A DNA stretch of 64,000 bases from Chrysomallon squamiferum (lineage: Eukaryota; Animalia; Mollusca): positions 31,434,001 through 31,498,000 of the forward strand of contig CM022671.1 of NCBI GenBank assembly GCA_012295275.1. The letters run 5' to 3'. A program made the position numbers and the translations under genes. This document shows, in pieces, positions 17,929 to 56,088 of the stretch (position 1 is its first letter; the number at the start of each line of letters is the position of its first letter). The notes beneath the pieces were generated by a model. The model was not told the DNA's origin. It ran no database searches and worked only from the letters and a program-made list of their open reading frames with translations.

Positions 17929-19728
17929 TTCATCGTCATCATTATTGTTACAATAACATTTTCCTGTAAAACGTTTATATTTATTTATTTATTTATTTAT
18001 TTTATTATTTTTATTTTTATTTTATCCAAATAAATAACTAAATATTATAAATCTGTAAAAAAATATCGAATACTGCGTAAATTTATATTACAGTATATCC
18101 GAACCCCAATTTCACTCTCATTTTGATCAGTAAATATATATATATATATAAAAAGAAACAAACAAATAAGTAAAAAAAAAAAAAAGGAATAAATAATAAT
18201 ATTTAATAAATTAATAACTAGCTCACTGAATGTATGAACAGATGAACAGACGTGGGTGATATGTGGCTGACATGAACTGCACGGATGAGTGAGCACAGAT
18301 GAATTTTGACCTTAGAACAGCCGCTATTAAAAGAGATTATGCGACTGAGATATTTACAAAATGAATGTGCTACAAACGTTATAAAATACAAAACGGAAAA
18401 GAATTATCAGATACTTGAATGTTTCAATGGTGTTAGTTACTTATGCGTGTGTGGTTGTGTGTATGTATGCGTGATTGTATGTGTGTGTGCGTGTGTGGTT
18501 GTGTGTATGTATGTGTGTATGTGTGTGAGTTGTATATATATATATATATATATATATATTCTTTTTTAGCTGAATGTTTTTGTAGTTGATTATTATACGG
18601 ATTATGATCCCTTTTAATTTTTTTTTTTTTTTTTTTTTTCTTCTACAACAAAAAACAGAGAAATAAACTAACAAAATGTGGAAAAAAAAGAGAAAACAAC
18701 CAAAAACAAACAAACAACAACAACAACAAAACACCTTGCATTTTTGCTTATGGCGCTGCCAGTAGGTACGCTGGCATGTTATCTAATGTATACATCTGAA
18801 CAAATCTGTCCGGGTACGCGATCATTTTCACAGCCTCAGGACCTTGTGACGTAGGGAGGGATCTTTAAGAAAACGGATATCCGGTTGTACCCCTGAGTTC
18901 AAAATATGGAATGTGATGTACCTCAGAATAACTGGGTCTACAAAAATCTGTCGTTATTGGGTTTCAACATCAAAAAAAGAGAAAGAAGAAAAAAAGTTAT
19001 TTATAACGAAATAAAGAAGAGTGGCATACACCTACGAACATATATATATATATATATATATATAATATAAACATACATACATACAGACATTGTTTATATA
19101 AATGTCAGCGTGTCTTCACTGTCATGATGTTTTTCGTTTAATTTTATCATCGTCATCATCATCATCGTTAGAAATAATCGGAATGATATTACTAATTCAT
19201 ATTATTGTTACTGAAACAGAAAATGCAAATGTGATGATAATAATATAATATAATATTACTGATGATAATAGTAATGAAAAAAAATTGTAAGCCTGGAGAT
19301 AGCATTATCAGTTTCATAGTATTAGCAATAATTCAATATGAAGGGGGATGTAAAAGAAACATCTTTATTCTTTTTTTTTTTCCTTTTTACCTACATTTAC
19401 GCTCCCCAGGAGTCCTCTGTGGCCTTTTTTTTTTTTTTTGCCTCGCTATTGCGAAATACTTTGTCCGGGTTTTGTCGAGATCAAAAATATGTATGCTTAT
19501 CAGAGCTGTTGACTGTATCAATGTATGTTCTAGACAGTTAATGTTCAAAGTGCACAAGGAAAATAGTATTATATGCTGCAGAGTTACATGTATTTAATCA
19601 ACTGTTTCGTTTGTTATAGGCTATTAACGTTTACAGATAATAAATCACATAAAATAAGACGTTTGTAGTAATGTGTATAGTTGTTTATATGTTCTCATTT
19701 TTATTTATTTGTTTGTTTGTTTAATTAT

Positions 19729-19771
<43 letters not shown>

Positions 19772-19822
19772 TTATTATTATTATTATCATCATCATCATC
19801 ATCATCATTATTTTGGAGATGT

Positions 19823-19861
<39 letters not shown>

Positions 19862-19883
19862 TTTGTCTACCAAACAGTCTCTC

Positions 19884-19974
19884 TGTTAGACTGTAAGAAA
19901 ACAAATTATTCCAGTACAACTAAAAGTAGTATTTAAATTTTATTTAAAACATGTTTCAAGATACAGCCACTTCA

Positions 19975-20018
<44 letters not shown>

Positions 20019-21306
20019 CAAAACTGGTATAATTTTAAGACTGGTAACAGTTCAAGTACGAATTTCATATTAAAAACCACAAACACAGCAAAGGTAAACA
20101 ATCACAAAAGGTGTACGTTTTCCTAATCTTTGAAAAAAAAAGTCGGAATAACGTAACGTACACTATCTATTGAATTCGAATACACTGGAAATTTCGTAAT
20201 GAATATTTTCTATTACGTACATAAACAGGACCATTTATCCGGCGAGAGTGGGATCGGATGGGACCCGGATTTTTGTACACAAAAACTTGACTTACACTGT
20301 AGAAACAAACTGTAATCTCTGTTATTTATTATGCAACACACATTACACTGTTATTGTTATATAAATCAGGGACGCATCGATGGTTTTTTTTTTTTTTTTT
20401 TACAGTGCATAACAATTAGGTCCCCCTTTGATCTGCACTTTAGAAGCTTGCATGAACATATAATTATACTCGAGAAAGAACCAGTCATGTGAAATAAATA
20501 AATAAATAAATAAATAAATAAAACGTAATCAAGCAATTAAAAAACAATATGTGAAAAACAATCATGATGCAAGCAAAAATTTCATTTAATTAGTTTGTTA
20601 AACTTACTGTGTAATCTTGGATAATCTAATTAACAATAGGGTACAAATGTGTCGGATTTCACGAGTTACACGCGCAGCCATTGTGTTACTCGCGCTGTAA
20701 ATAGCCTCGGTTTGACATTTAGTCACGTTATGTAAAACTACCCATGTCCGGAATACCCGCCAAACAACATTAGCTGAAGAATATAAAAAAAAAAAAAAAA
20801 AAGTATTTTTAAAGGTATTTTTGATAAAAAAAAAATCTCCGTAGCATTTCGTACAATCTCGTTAAATCTATTTTGTAAAAGTGTTATTTCGTAAGTCCGA
20901 TCTACCCACAAGGGGAGTTTTTTCCATTGTGCTGCTAGTTCAGTGGACTTTTTTCTTTCCGTAGGTAATAAAATTAAGTATTATTATTTTTGTTTAATTA
21001 AATAGTTAATTAATTTATTTTAAAAACAGTCGTTATATGTATTGATACACCAGATAAACATTAGTTTAATTAATTAATGTTCATATTTCCTCTTTTTAAA
21101 TACAGATCTGGTACGACTTTATAATCCTTACTGAAATGATTTACCCTTAGAATTAAATGAGATACATACGGTAAAAATCACTGTTATTATTAATAATTTT
21201 TCGTTTATTTTTGTTATTATTTTTACTAGAAAGAGGAATATTTATATTCATTTAGCAGAGTTTTAAAATGAATTAAAAATAGAAATAAACTACTACTACT
21301 ACTACA

Positions 21307-21367
<61 letters not shown>

Positions 21368-22786
21368 ATAATAATAATAATAATAATAATATCAAAATAA
21401 ATAAATTGCTGCTTACACAAATGATAGCCTGCAGTCATATTCATTCTTATGCTATTTTATTTAGCACTAGAAACAGAACGAAAGCAACTGTTAGACTGTA
21501 AGAAAACAAATTACTCCAGACAACAGAACGTGTTATATAAATTTTATTAAACACATGTTTCTAGATACAGGCACTTCAGTATAAATGGACGCAAATTTAA
21601 TATTTGCATATTAAATGAATGGTTAATTAATGGGTACGTATATATATATATATACGTACATTCACACAATGTACGTAAGTGCGTGCACTATAGGTATGTG
21701 TGTACGTGTATATGTACATAAGTATGTATGTTTGTGTGTGTACATATGTATGTAAGTTTGTATGCATGCATGCATGTATGTATGTATGTATTATGTATGT
21801 ATGTATGTATGTATGTATGTATGTGGGACTATGTGTGTTTGTGTACATATATAACAAAGTTAGTATAATATTAAGACACATTCATATTATGAACCCTTAT
21901 ATAACAGTTCAAGGACGAATTTCTTATTAAAAAACCCCAAACAAAACAAAGGTTAAAGGTCACAAAAGATGTACGTTTTCATAATCTATAAAAAAAAAAA
22001 AAAAAAAATGAAATAACAGTGTACATTCTCTATTAAATTGGAACATTTCGTGAATATTTTCTATTACATGAATAAACCGAACCATTTATCCGGCGAGAGT
22101 GGGATCGGATCGGTTCCGGATTTCTAGATTCTCCGGTTTTCTAGACACAGACTTAATGCATCCTTAAAATATGAAAAAAAAAAAAAAAAAAAAAAATGAA
22201 AAGTTAAGAATGAAACCTGTGTTTAACAGGTACAAATTAAAACACTTCTAAACCCGGTTTTGTTGACGCCGAATAAATGGTTTCGTACTTTTGCAAGTAA
22301 TGAGTGAAAAAAAAAAAAAAAAACGTTAATAAATGTGGACATTGTACACCAATAGAAATTAAATCGAGATAAACGTTTTACATTGTTCACATGCAAGAAG
22401 TCAAGACGTCATCCGAAAAACCAGTTGTCAAAACTGGAGAAACAAGTATTTTTGAAACACATATAAAGTTTCAAAAACGTCAAAATGGTAAATACTTCAT
22501 TTTACAAAAAAATAAAGCTAAAACGTCACACAAGATTCGTTCTTCCCATTTTATGTAAAATAACAATAACAAGACAAGACATGAGGTAAAACGTAATTTC
22601 AAACACGGACACACGTGCACACACATTTAAAATATTTAAAATGAAACTACACAGTCTCGTAACTGTATTTCTCATGGATGTTATTGCAGACATAAAAGAT
22701 GAAAACAGTATTAGTTGAAACAGCAAAAAAATATATATATATAATAATAATAATAATAAATAATATAATAATAATAATAATAAATA

Positions 22787-22821
<35 letters not shown>

Positions 22822-24430
22822 TTAATAAATAATAATAAATAATAATAATAATAAATAATAATAATAATAATAAAGTATATAAATAAATAAAAATAAGACG
22901 CTCAAAAATAACATTAAAACTTTTTTTTTTTTCTCACGGATAAAAGTATTATTATGATAAACAAACTAGAATTCATTCATTTTTTTTTTTATTAATATTT
23001 TATAATTCTCACTGAAAGTACTGTGAATATCATAGAATAAAAATATCATTCATTGAACTTTTAAAACTTATTTGTTCAATTAAATTATATTACAAATAAA
23101 AATACAAACATATTTTTGAAATTTTTAGAAAAGTGAACATGAAACAGAAAAAATATATTTTCTCAAAATATATATATATTAAATCTCTAAAAACTTATTT
23201 CTTTTTAATTATATTATACAAATATATTTACAAACATATTTTTTAAAATCTCATTATGAATAGGAACATAAAAAAAAAAAGAATATTAAAAAATTCTATT
23301 CGTTCAGAATATATATTTCTGTATATGTATTAATCTCACTTATGTATATATATATTTACTTATTAAAATGAGAGTGAAATCCGGGTTCGTATATACTGTA
23401 ATATAAAACCAAGAAATGTTCCTGTACATGAACAAGTTAAGAACTTTTATATTAACAAGCTAAAATGAGCAACAATAAAAGAAAACAAAAATTACAAACA
23501 CAAAAAGAAACAAAACAAGTAAATAAAACATTACGTAAGTTACAATTTTGGATTATAACGTACACCAAAACTTGGTTTACACTGTAGAAACAAACTGTAA
23601 GCTCTGTTATTTATTATGCAACACAGATTACACTGTTATTGTTATATAAAGCAGGGACGCATCGATTTTTTTTTTTTTTTTTTTTACAGTGCATAACAAT
23701 TAGCCCCCCCTTTGATCTGCACTACAGAAGCTTGCATGAACATGTAATTATACTCCAAAAACAACCAGTAACGAAAAAATAAAATAAAACGTAACCAAGC
23801 AATTAAAAAACAATAATATAAAAAACAATCATCTCAGCAAACAAAACATTTAAATTAATTAGTTTGTTAAACTTACTGAAAAAAAAAAAAAAACACAAAA
23901 ACAATCGAAGTTTAGTACGTCTATGAATATTCATCAATATTAAATGAACATTAAATATGATTATATGGTCTTGGTTAATCTAATTAACAAATAGGGTACA
24001 AATGTGTGAGATTTCACGAGCCCCACGCGCAGTCATTGTTTTACTCGCGCTATAAATAGCCTCGGTTTCCGTAGGCTGTTAATGAATAATAAAATAAAGA
24101 GTTATTATTTTTATTTTATTTTATTTTATTTTTTATTAATTAAAAAATCAACAAAAACAGTCGTTATGAATTAATACACCAGATAAATATTATTTTATCA
24201 CGTTATCAATGTTCATATTTCCTCTGAGTATTAATTTTAATCCGAAATATAGTACCTGATACGACTTCATAATCGTTACAAAAATGATTTACCATTAGTA
24301 TTAGATGAAAAACGTATTCTCTACTGTTGGTATAAATCACTATTATTATTATTATTATTATAATTATTATTATTAATTTCTTTAATTATTTTTGATATTA
24401 TTTTTACTAGAAAGAAGAATGTTTATATAC
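19884..24430 (+). repeat. Tandem non-coding segmental duplication: copy 1 ~19884-21247, copy 2 ~21489-24427
   Basis: Colinear shared anchors: tgttagactgtaagaaaacaaatta (19884/21489), ccatttatccggcgagagtgggatcgga (20231/22082), tacactgtagaaacaaactg (~20293/~23578), tagggtacaaatgtgt (~20637/~23992), tactagaaaga (~21225/~24405). Confidence 0.9.
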
Positions 24431-24851
24431 AATATAGGGATTTTAGAAAACAAATTATTTTTAAAATTAATTATAAAAAACAACTAATAATAATAATAAA
24501 TAAAAAAAAAAAAAAAATTAAACCAAATTAAAAAAACAAAACAAACAAACAAGCAAACAAACAAACAAACAAATAAATAAATAAATCAAACTATAAAAAA
24601 TTTCTTACAAAATCTATATAGGTATGCAATAAACAGTTTAAAATATAGTTGGTATATCTGTGCATGTTGCTATACGAAGGTTAGAGTATTACAAAAATAT
24701 TTAACTTTCAGATAGTCTTCCAAAAATACATGTATGTGAGATTCACAATAACGACGTTTTGTATTGCTTATTAAGAATGTAAAGTTTAAAAAATAGTATT
24801 ATATATTTTATAGAGATGAGCAAACAAAATGCTGGAGCAAATATATGCAGG

Positions 24852-24895
<44 letters not shown>

Positions 24896-24912
24896 ATACA
24901 TGCGTACATACA

Positions 24913-24964
<52 letters not shown>

Positions 24965-25730
24965 TATATACACACACACATATATATACATACATAAACA
25001 TACTTATATATACATATCAAACTTCATCCATCCATCTATATTTTTGCACATCTCGTACACACACACACACACGCACACACACACACACTGTTTCGTTGAT
25101 ATAAAGGAGTATTAGCAGACTCGTTATTATATGCTGCATTATTCATTTCAGTATATCCATTGATTTACAATTCAATTCTGATATCTGGACACTTTTATAA
25201 TCGAGCTCATTTCCAGGCTCGTTTTTCGAAACAAGATAAATGTATGTATTTCATTCCATGCTAGTCAGTATATACTATAAGGCAATAAATCTGCTGATCT
25301 GAATGCATATAACTGGTTAACAGACAAACAAATATTTTCGCATACTGAATAAAATGTATGAAGTGGATACTGTGAATGCTGAATTGTTTCTCCTGTTTTC
25401 TAGATAAGTTATTAGTTAGTCAATAGGAGATATTCGAAATATACTGAACAAAAATATTTAGGGGATTATAAATGATATTGTTCTAATGGATCAAATACAT
25501 TTAGTAATCACTATAAAACACCTAACAGCATGTGATTCATAACTGATCTGTATCCTTGTTTTCTTTTATTTCTTTTTTTTCTTAAACAGGAAATAATCTT
25601 GATTTTCATGTTAATCATAAATATTCGGGTGTCGATTCTAACATGGAAATATTTACTGCTCACTAATTTGTTTTGTTCAGTATATGACAGGGTAAGATAT
25701 AATTTTTTTTTCCCTCAAATAATCTCTTTT

Positions 25731-25790
<60 letters not shown>

Positions 25791-26858
25791 TAAAAATTAT
25801 TCATAATCAAAAATTAAAATTGTTCGACATGCATTATCTAGGGAATATAAAACTATGTAACTGTAAAAAGTATTACAGGCAGATTTATCAAAAGGAATGT
25901 TATAAAAGTATTGGCACTGTTAGCATTCATTTATAATGTTATATACAAACATTACGGGGAATAAAAGTATATTCCAAAGTTATATTTTCATATACATTTT
26001 TCAGTGATTACACAGAGTGAAAATTCAAGCATTATTTAATGGCCTTTTTGTTAACGAATGACGAATGATGTGAGAAATTACCCATTTTTAAAACTCAAAT
26101 AAAAATCAAAGCAAACAGATATGTATTCCCTGTTAAGTCGTTAACAGGCGTACATAATAATTAGTGATGGAATCAATTCAGTGTGTAACTCACAAACGAT
26201 CAAGTAAAATTTGAAACGAAATGTTGAAAATAGATTAAAAAAAGAAGTAATTTGATCTGATGTCAATACTAACATTACCTTCCAAACAACAATAACAGTC
26301 ATTTTGAAATTTTGATGTCTACAGTATTAAAACTGGTTTGGATTTCACCATCTGATTTTTTGCGCTTTGTTCATTTATTGGAATTATAACTAACAAAATA
26401 TAATGAGAAGAATTTACAAAGCATGTTTTAGTCTTTGAAAAGCTTTAACTACTTATTCAGAGTTTAGTGTACAACCATGATTTGTCTGATTTTACAACTT
26501 CCGAGACGATCGAAGTTAAAGATTTTTTACGCGATCGATGAAATTAAGCTCTTACTCAGAGATGTTTTTTCTTGGACATCTTGCACATTACAGTCCAGTC
26601 TCTGATTCGACCACCGAGATTAAAACTGTTTTATAACTAATGAACATATCCACATCACAGTCGTGCTCACATCACTCGATATATATATATATAATTATAT
26701 ACATTTCTTAATTATCCATTTCATAAAAACAACATTTAAAACAGTAAAAGAAAAGAACAAAAAAAAAAAAAGAAAAAAGAAAAAAAGAACCAAAACCGTG
26801 TTTGACAAAAACAGGCATCGTAAATTCTGCTCAGTGTCCTTGATATTTTGCACTGTTT

Positions 26859-41159
<14,301 letters not shown>

Positions 41160-41491
41160 TTTCGCAGGTGGGAAGAAACCAGGTAAGTAAGTAAATTTGA
41201 AGAGAAGAAAACACAGAAGAAGAGAGAAACTTGCTAACTGAACACAACAGTTTGTTTGCTGTCGTCCACGGGCCTTAGTCGTTTTGGGTGCTGTTTTTCG
41301 TCTGACATGTTATTCCCGATTCCCGAACAGTTTTTGTGTTTTTTTGTTTTTGTTTTCCAGCTCGGGTATTTTCGCCGTTGAGCGACATCTACCGGCAGTT
41401 ATGTAAAGCTGTCACCGAATGGCTGAACGCTGTGCAGATGTTGTGTTTATCAATACGCAGTCAGGTGTGGCGGGCTAAGCATTCCTGTCTT

Positions 41492-41531
<40 letters not shown>

Positions 41532-42417
41532 GAATAAAGCGGTTATTTACTTAATGGTTTTTTTTGTTTTCTTTCTTTCATACTAAGAAACTTGTTTCTG
41601 TCATCTTGTCTTGTAGGAACGGATTACTGTAACTTATATATTAGTCCTTGAATAGGTATGTTTTAACAATACTGTGTCCCTTATTAATAATAATTCGACT
41701 ACATCTACTATTACTACGTCCACGACTACAACAACAACAACTACTACTACTACTATCACTGCTACTGTTACCACATCTTCAACAAATTACTGACGCTACT
41801 TCTGCTGCCGCTGTACACTTATTATTAAAATTGTCTTAGAAATCTAAATATATTTATGTGTTTACAGATATTTATTTGTGTGTGTGTGTGTGTGTTTGTG
41901 TGTAGGATACAACATTTGTAAATTTTACAAGGTTATTTTTCAAGGTGAGACATAATCATGTGATTGAAGTCATTTTTTTTTTTTTTTTTTTTATTTTTTA
42001 TTTTTTTTTTTATCATATAGTGAATAATTACTTATCAAATTATAAGTTACTATTGTATTGATATAACCAAAAATAAAATAAAATAAAAATAATAAATAAC
42101 AACAAAATAAATTACAGTGGACGTTTTCAATTTCAGTTTTAATTTACAAATTCTTGGTCACTGATCTTGCATATCATTACAATAAACTGACTCGTATGAC
42201 AGCGTCTTTAGCATTGCCGATGTTGACGCGTTAATCGTAAGTAATCTGTGTTATTGTGCTCTTTGTGTAAGGAAAAAGTTGGCCATTCTGAATAGAAAAA
42301 CAACAACACATTTTACTGCTGGGTCGAGTTTTAGGTCAGGGATTAGATCAGGATTTAGAAATCATGACCAAAGCAGTTTTTCTTGAACTCTTAAGATAAA
42401 TGGTTTTTATGTTTGTG

Positions 42418-42468
<51 letters not shown>

Positions 42469-42686
42469 GTGTATTGTGTATGTTTAAAAAATAAACAGAG
42501 AGAGAGAGAGAGAGAGAGATTGATTTTATTAACGGTAAAGTAATTAAATAGTTTCCTTTTCTGTAGTCGATTACCCAAGGGAAATAACTCCGGGTGCTAT
42601 CAGTTTATAGTTAATAAATATTACTTTCCTTTTCTTATAATATTGATATGTATTTCAATTAATTTTAAAATAATTTAATGCTGAAA

Positions 42687-42721
<35 letters not shown>

Positions 42722-43002
42722 ACAACAACAGTAAAATAATAATAAATAAATAAATAAATAAATAAAAAAAAGAAAAAAAAAAAGAATTGTAACGTATTTT
42801 TCAATGCTATTTACGTTTAAAAATGCAATTCCTGATTTCGACATGCAGGGTTAAAAATTATCTGTATAAAAAAAAAAAAAGTGAATAAAGATCTAACAAT
42901 GATATTTAATTATAAACTAGCTCTGTGTCGTAAAACTTATTTAAATTTTCCTATAATTATGAGTTAGTTTGCATTAATACTTGAACCTACTGCAAAGCAC
43001 AG

Positions 43003-43033
<31 letters not shown>

Positions 43034-43150
43034 ACCCAAAAACAACAATTAAGTAAAATAAAATAAAAAATAAAAATCAATCTCAGAAATATCATCGTTT
43101 TGTTTTGAAGTATTTGTTCAGGGTTTGCCAAAAGTGAGTGCTTACCAAAA

Positions 43151-43236
<86 letters not shown>

Positions 43237-44277
43237 TATTTTTAAATATAAACGTAACAACAGGTACTTGCGTATTAGATATAATTTAATTTTATCCTAG
43301 ATTTACATCACCGCGGAATCCTCTCTCAGTAAATTACTTTATTCATCTTCTGACACTGCGTCTTAATTTCTTTCTTTTTTTAAGATTTCTATACAAATTT
43401 TACACACGAATACCTTTTCAATTTAAATAGGTAAATAATACCAAGCTGGCGACATCTAACAAATACAGGTGTGTGTTTGTTCGGATGAAAACATGTCTAC
43501 GATTTTTGAAGACGTCTTTTTAATTTTTTTTTTTTTTTTTTTTTTTTTTTCAAAGTGAAATGTAAACACTTGTTGAATGTGATTTAGTTGCTATTACAGG
43601 AAACAACTTATCTATTTACATAATTTTTTTTTTCTTTAAAGAATAACGATAAAAAAAATAATAAAAAATAAAAAATATAATATTAAGAAAGGGAGAAAGA
43701 AAAGATATATAAAGAAGAGAAAACGTAGCCTATGCAGTGTTGTTGTTTATTAACCCACATTCTTTTAAAATGTCGCAGGAATGTTATTACCAGTGCAGGT
43801 GGGAAGCTTGGTTTGCTATGTTTAATTCAGGCTATATTCACATAAGGGAAGAAAAAAAAAAAAAAAAAAACAGGCATAAATTTTCTTCCTTTATCGAAAA
43901 GAAAATAAATTTAAAAGATAAGATAGAGATAGAGAGAGAAAAAAAGGTGAGGGCTAAAAGCCGTACTGAGAATGAGACGAGAGATTATTACGTAATTTCC
44001 TGTGGATACCTCTCAGCATTCCAGACATTCGTATACCGAGTTTGATCGCAGAATCTCGCGAGAGTTTATTCTGCTAGTGCTAACACGGCGCATCACGGAA
44101 TACACTCTTCTCAGATACATCCGTGAATCACCTTCACCTGCAAGGCGGCAGAATAAGACTTCTCACAAGTTCTGTTTTTAAAACCTTTATTCATCCGGAC
44201 CTCTACAAAGCAGGAAGATCGCGTGGCATTTTGTTTTCATTTCTTGTCGGCATTTTCAGTGCACTAGAGCGCCAGCG

Positions 44278-51859
<7,582 letters not shown>

Positions 51860-52339
51860 CAACAACAACAACAACAACAACGACAGCAACAGTAACAACA
51901 ACAGCAACAACAAGAGTGATATGAACGAAACAATTGATAGTGATTTTCCGCAATAAATGTTAAATAAAACAGTTCAAAGATACTGACGCAGACATACACG
52001 CAAGAAGCAAAAATATATATAGATATATATATCAGTAGAAGCATTTACACACACACGCACACAACACACACACACACATACACACACACACACATATATA
52101 ATTAAAAGGTTCAGTGATTAATCTCAGATCATAAAGAACAAAAAAAAAAAAAAAAAAAAAAATACAAACACAAACACAAAGAAGGAAGCAAATATGAAAA
52201 TGACACATGAAAGAAATAATTGAGAAAACAATATCTGGTTGGTTATAAATTATTGTTTCTATATCACCAGTGTAGAACTTGGGGTTAAGCAAATTAAGCG
52301 CAAGGATTTAAAAAAACTATAATAACCACACACACACAC

Positions 52340-52408
<69 letters not shown>

Positions 52409-53245
52409 AAACACACACACACACACACATATATATAAAATTCGGTGCAAATATTTCGAGGAGAAAAATGAATTTTTGAAACATGTGGCCTTCAAGCTTT
52501 GTATAACTTCAGGTTTAGGCTCTGCCCATTACAGTTTTGTAGATAATTGTGTAATAACAGCTTTTTTGTTTTGTTACTTCATTCTTTTATAATGTGGTGG
52601 GAGGGTGAATACTAAATGCTGTAAATGTCTTTGTATTAAAAACATGATGTAATATATACAATGAGTACATATGTAATATATACATTGAGTACATTGTAAG
52701 GCTGTACTTTGAGCAGATAATTAATATAATAAAAAACACTTGTTAAATTGAATATGTGTGTGCGTATGTGCACATATGTGTGTATTTCAGTTAACATAGT
52801 TCAATAATATGTAGAGTACAAATCATGTATGAGTGAATGTGTGCATGTGTGTGTTTCTCTGTGTTTCTGTGTGCGTGTGTTACGCAGCTACGGAATTCTC
52901 AAATTGATTAAGGATTTTTTTGTTCCGTTAATAATAATAAAAGTACAAATCGCAGACGCTGAACTGTGAACGTTTGAAATTAAATGGCGCAAGTAGCTAA
53001 AATACTCAAGTAATATTATATCTAATTGTGATGCGTTTCAAATTTAAATGTCAATATTTATCCTATAAATTATATGAAAGCAAAACCATGTATTTAACGA
53101 TTTAGGTTTATTTTAGTTTAAACTGATTAGATAAAAAGAAGAAGAAGAAGAAGAAGAAGAAGAGCAACAATAACAACAACAACATTAATAATAATAATAA
53201 TAATGATGATAATAAAATAATTATATAAATAAATGTAAATATAAC

Positions 53246-53303
<58 letters not shown>

Positions 53304-53974
53304 GTGTCAATTTAATATAAAAAACAAACTTGACTAAATCATAAAAAGAATTTCCCACATAATAATTTTTGCAGAAACACGAATTTGTAAATAAATATAA
53401 TAAATGGATATTTTAAACGATTGCTAACAGCATAACGTCTTATTACAAAAGAAAGATTAATAATCGAATAAAAATCATAACAAAAGGTCACATTAATATA
53501 TAACAGAACAACGAAAAACAAAAACATTTCAAATAACAGTTCTAAAACGAATGGTAGATAACTCTAGCATGCATATCTTAGCATGGTGCTGGAGTTGTCT
53601 CCCATACACTGTCACAGAATAATTATTGCTTAATTTGTCTTTTTAGAAATAACGAGAAATCTCATAAAATATTCATGCATATTGACTTGTATGTTACTAT
53701 TACAGCAGCAGCAACAACAGCAATATCAACAACAACACCAGAAAGAACAACAGCTACTGCTACTTCTGCAACAAGTTCTACTACTGTTACTACTGTTACT
53801 GCAACTCCTGTTACTACTGTTATTACTATAATCACTACTACAACCATTATCACAGTTACTACCACTATTACTACTACTAATAATAAAAACAGTAAAATGA
53901 AGTCGGGCTATGTTAGATCACAGGATCTGTGCCTGACATTGGCTAATTTTCAGTAACTAATTAACTGAAAAAAA

Positions 53975-54010
<36 letters not shown>

Positions 54011-55426
54011 ATTAATAACAAAAAATAAATTAAAACTGTAGCAGTAATTAGCTATCTAATAGGATTTTTTATATTTATACAAGAGGAATGAATGATGTCA
54101 CCAAATAAAACTAATAGAAAACCCTCTATGCATTATTTTATGATCTTACTTTATTAGACGTAAAAGATGGTGCCTAGGAAAACAAAACAAACACCTCCTA
54201 CACACTGATAAATAATTTAGAAGTACACAGCAAGCTCCAAGGCCATACGTCTGTTTTACATTAGAAACATTTTTATTAAACATGCGCCATTTAAATCACA
54301 AAATGAGTTACTGGAGTAGAAGAAGTATGGCAAAATCACCTGACGCTTCTCCTTATTTCTGCAGTTTAGTTATTAATTCTGTCACAGAGTGAGAAAGAAC
54401 GTCATAGAGGCGTGGGAGGGTTTTGAATTACATCACCATTTAGCTGTTTGTTAGTTTAATTTTGGGATTTATTCTATATTTATATATATATATATAAATA
54501 ATAAAACAAATTTCTGTTGTCTAGCAGTTAGATCGCAGATTCATCTGTTATGACAAATTATGTTGTCTTATTTTCTCTCACGCAACACACAAACAAACAT
54601 TCACAGATGTAATGTGTTTTTTCTCTCGTTTGCGTTTAACAACATAATGCTTGAGATCAACGTTAAATAAATGTTTATTACTCTGTTTTGTCATATGGTA
54701 ATTTGTCATATGTTCTTCCAACCGTGGGAAGGTTCATATAACTACATCCTTACTGCTAGCTGATAACTGGAAACAGAAGTTGCATCTTCCATTTATATTT
54801 ATATATGAACATACAGTATTTTTTAATATTATTTACTTTTGTGTGCTAATAAATGTAAAATAAAATAATTACACACACACACACACACACATACACACAT
54901 ACACAGCTCATATATAGATAGATAGATAGATAGATATGTAATACTCTTTGAATGGAATCCATAATGTTTATTCTTAAAGTGATGAAAGTTAATAGAATGT
55001 TAACCTATATATTATTTATATAATTTGTTTGTTTTGTTGTTGTTTTTTTGTTTTTTTTACCCCAAAGTATTTAATTTGTGGATGCTATTTTAAGGGTGTT
55101 ACGAGGTAAGCCTAGTTTTCATAGCAGAATGTTTTGTATGCTCTAGTAAAATTGGTGTCGTATCAAGACACCTCTCCGTGTTGACAAATTGGGTGAAATA
55201 GAAATCTGAATGTTAGATTATTACACAGTTTCTTCTCTGACTGTATCATAGTGAGACTGGGGAGGAGATAAAAACATTTAAAAAAAATAATTGCTTGTAT
55301 GTGGTATTTACTTTAAGCTAAATAATAAAGAAATGCAAAACTTGACTTCTGACATTGACGATTAACATCGCCGATTTTGATTCTGGAGTAACATGGATGC
55401 ATTTTATTATTATAAGTATGTGAGAG

Positions 55427-55510
<84 letters not shown>

Positions 55511-56053
55511 GTAATATGCGTTAGTCGATACATTTAAATATTTATTTTTGTACAAATAGTAATAATAATAATATATTGTTGTTGTTGTTGTTATTAGTGT
55601 TTGCTTAAGATTATTATAATACGTCATTAGAAGGTGAGAGAAATGAAGGACTGTTTTATGACACCAAGTTTTTTTTCTCAGTGTTGCGCATTTTTCTGTC
55701 GTTCGCATGCACTATGCGATTCAAATAAAAAGCTGCAAAAGAAGTTACACAAAATAAACTTGGATTGTTTCCCCTTAGTCGTCATTTTTAATAAGTTTAA
55801 ACCAGGGTGTTTATTAGAGGCTTTCAATTCCGGAGAACGAGGATTAAAGCTTTACATGATATGTATTACGTTCTAGAACGTTCCTTATGTAATTAAATCA
55901 GCGTATGTGTGTATATGTATGTCTGCATACGAATACGTCCACTTGTCTGTTCGTGTTTATGCGTGTACGTCTGTGAATATGAGTATGAATGTTGCAGCAC
56001 GTGTTTTAGTGAGTGTGAGTATTACTGTGTGAGTGTGTGTTATTGTGGCATGA

Positions 56054-56088
<35 letters not shown>

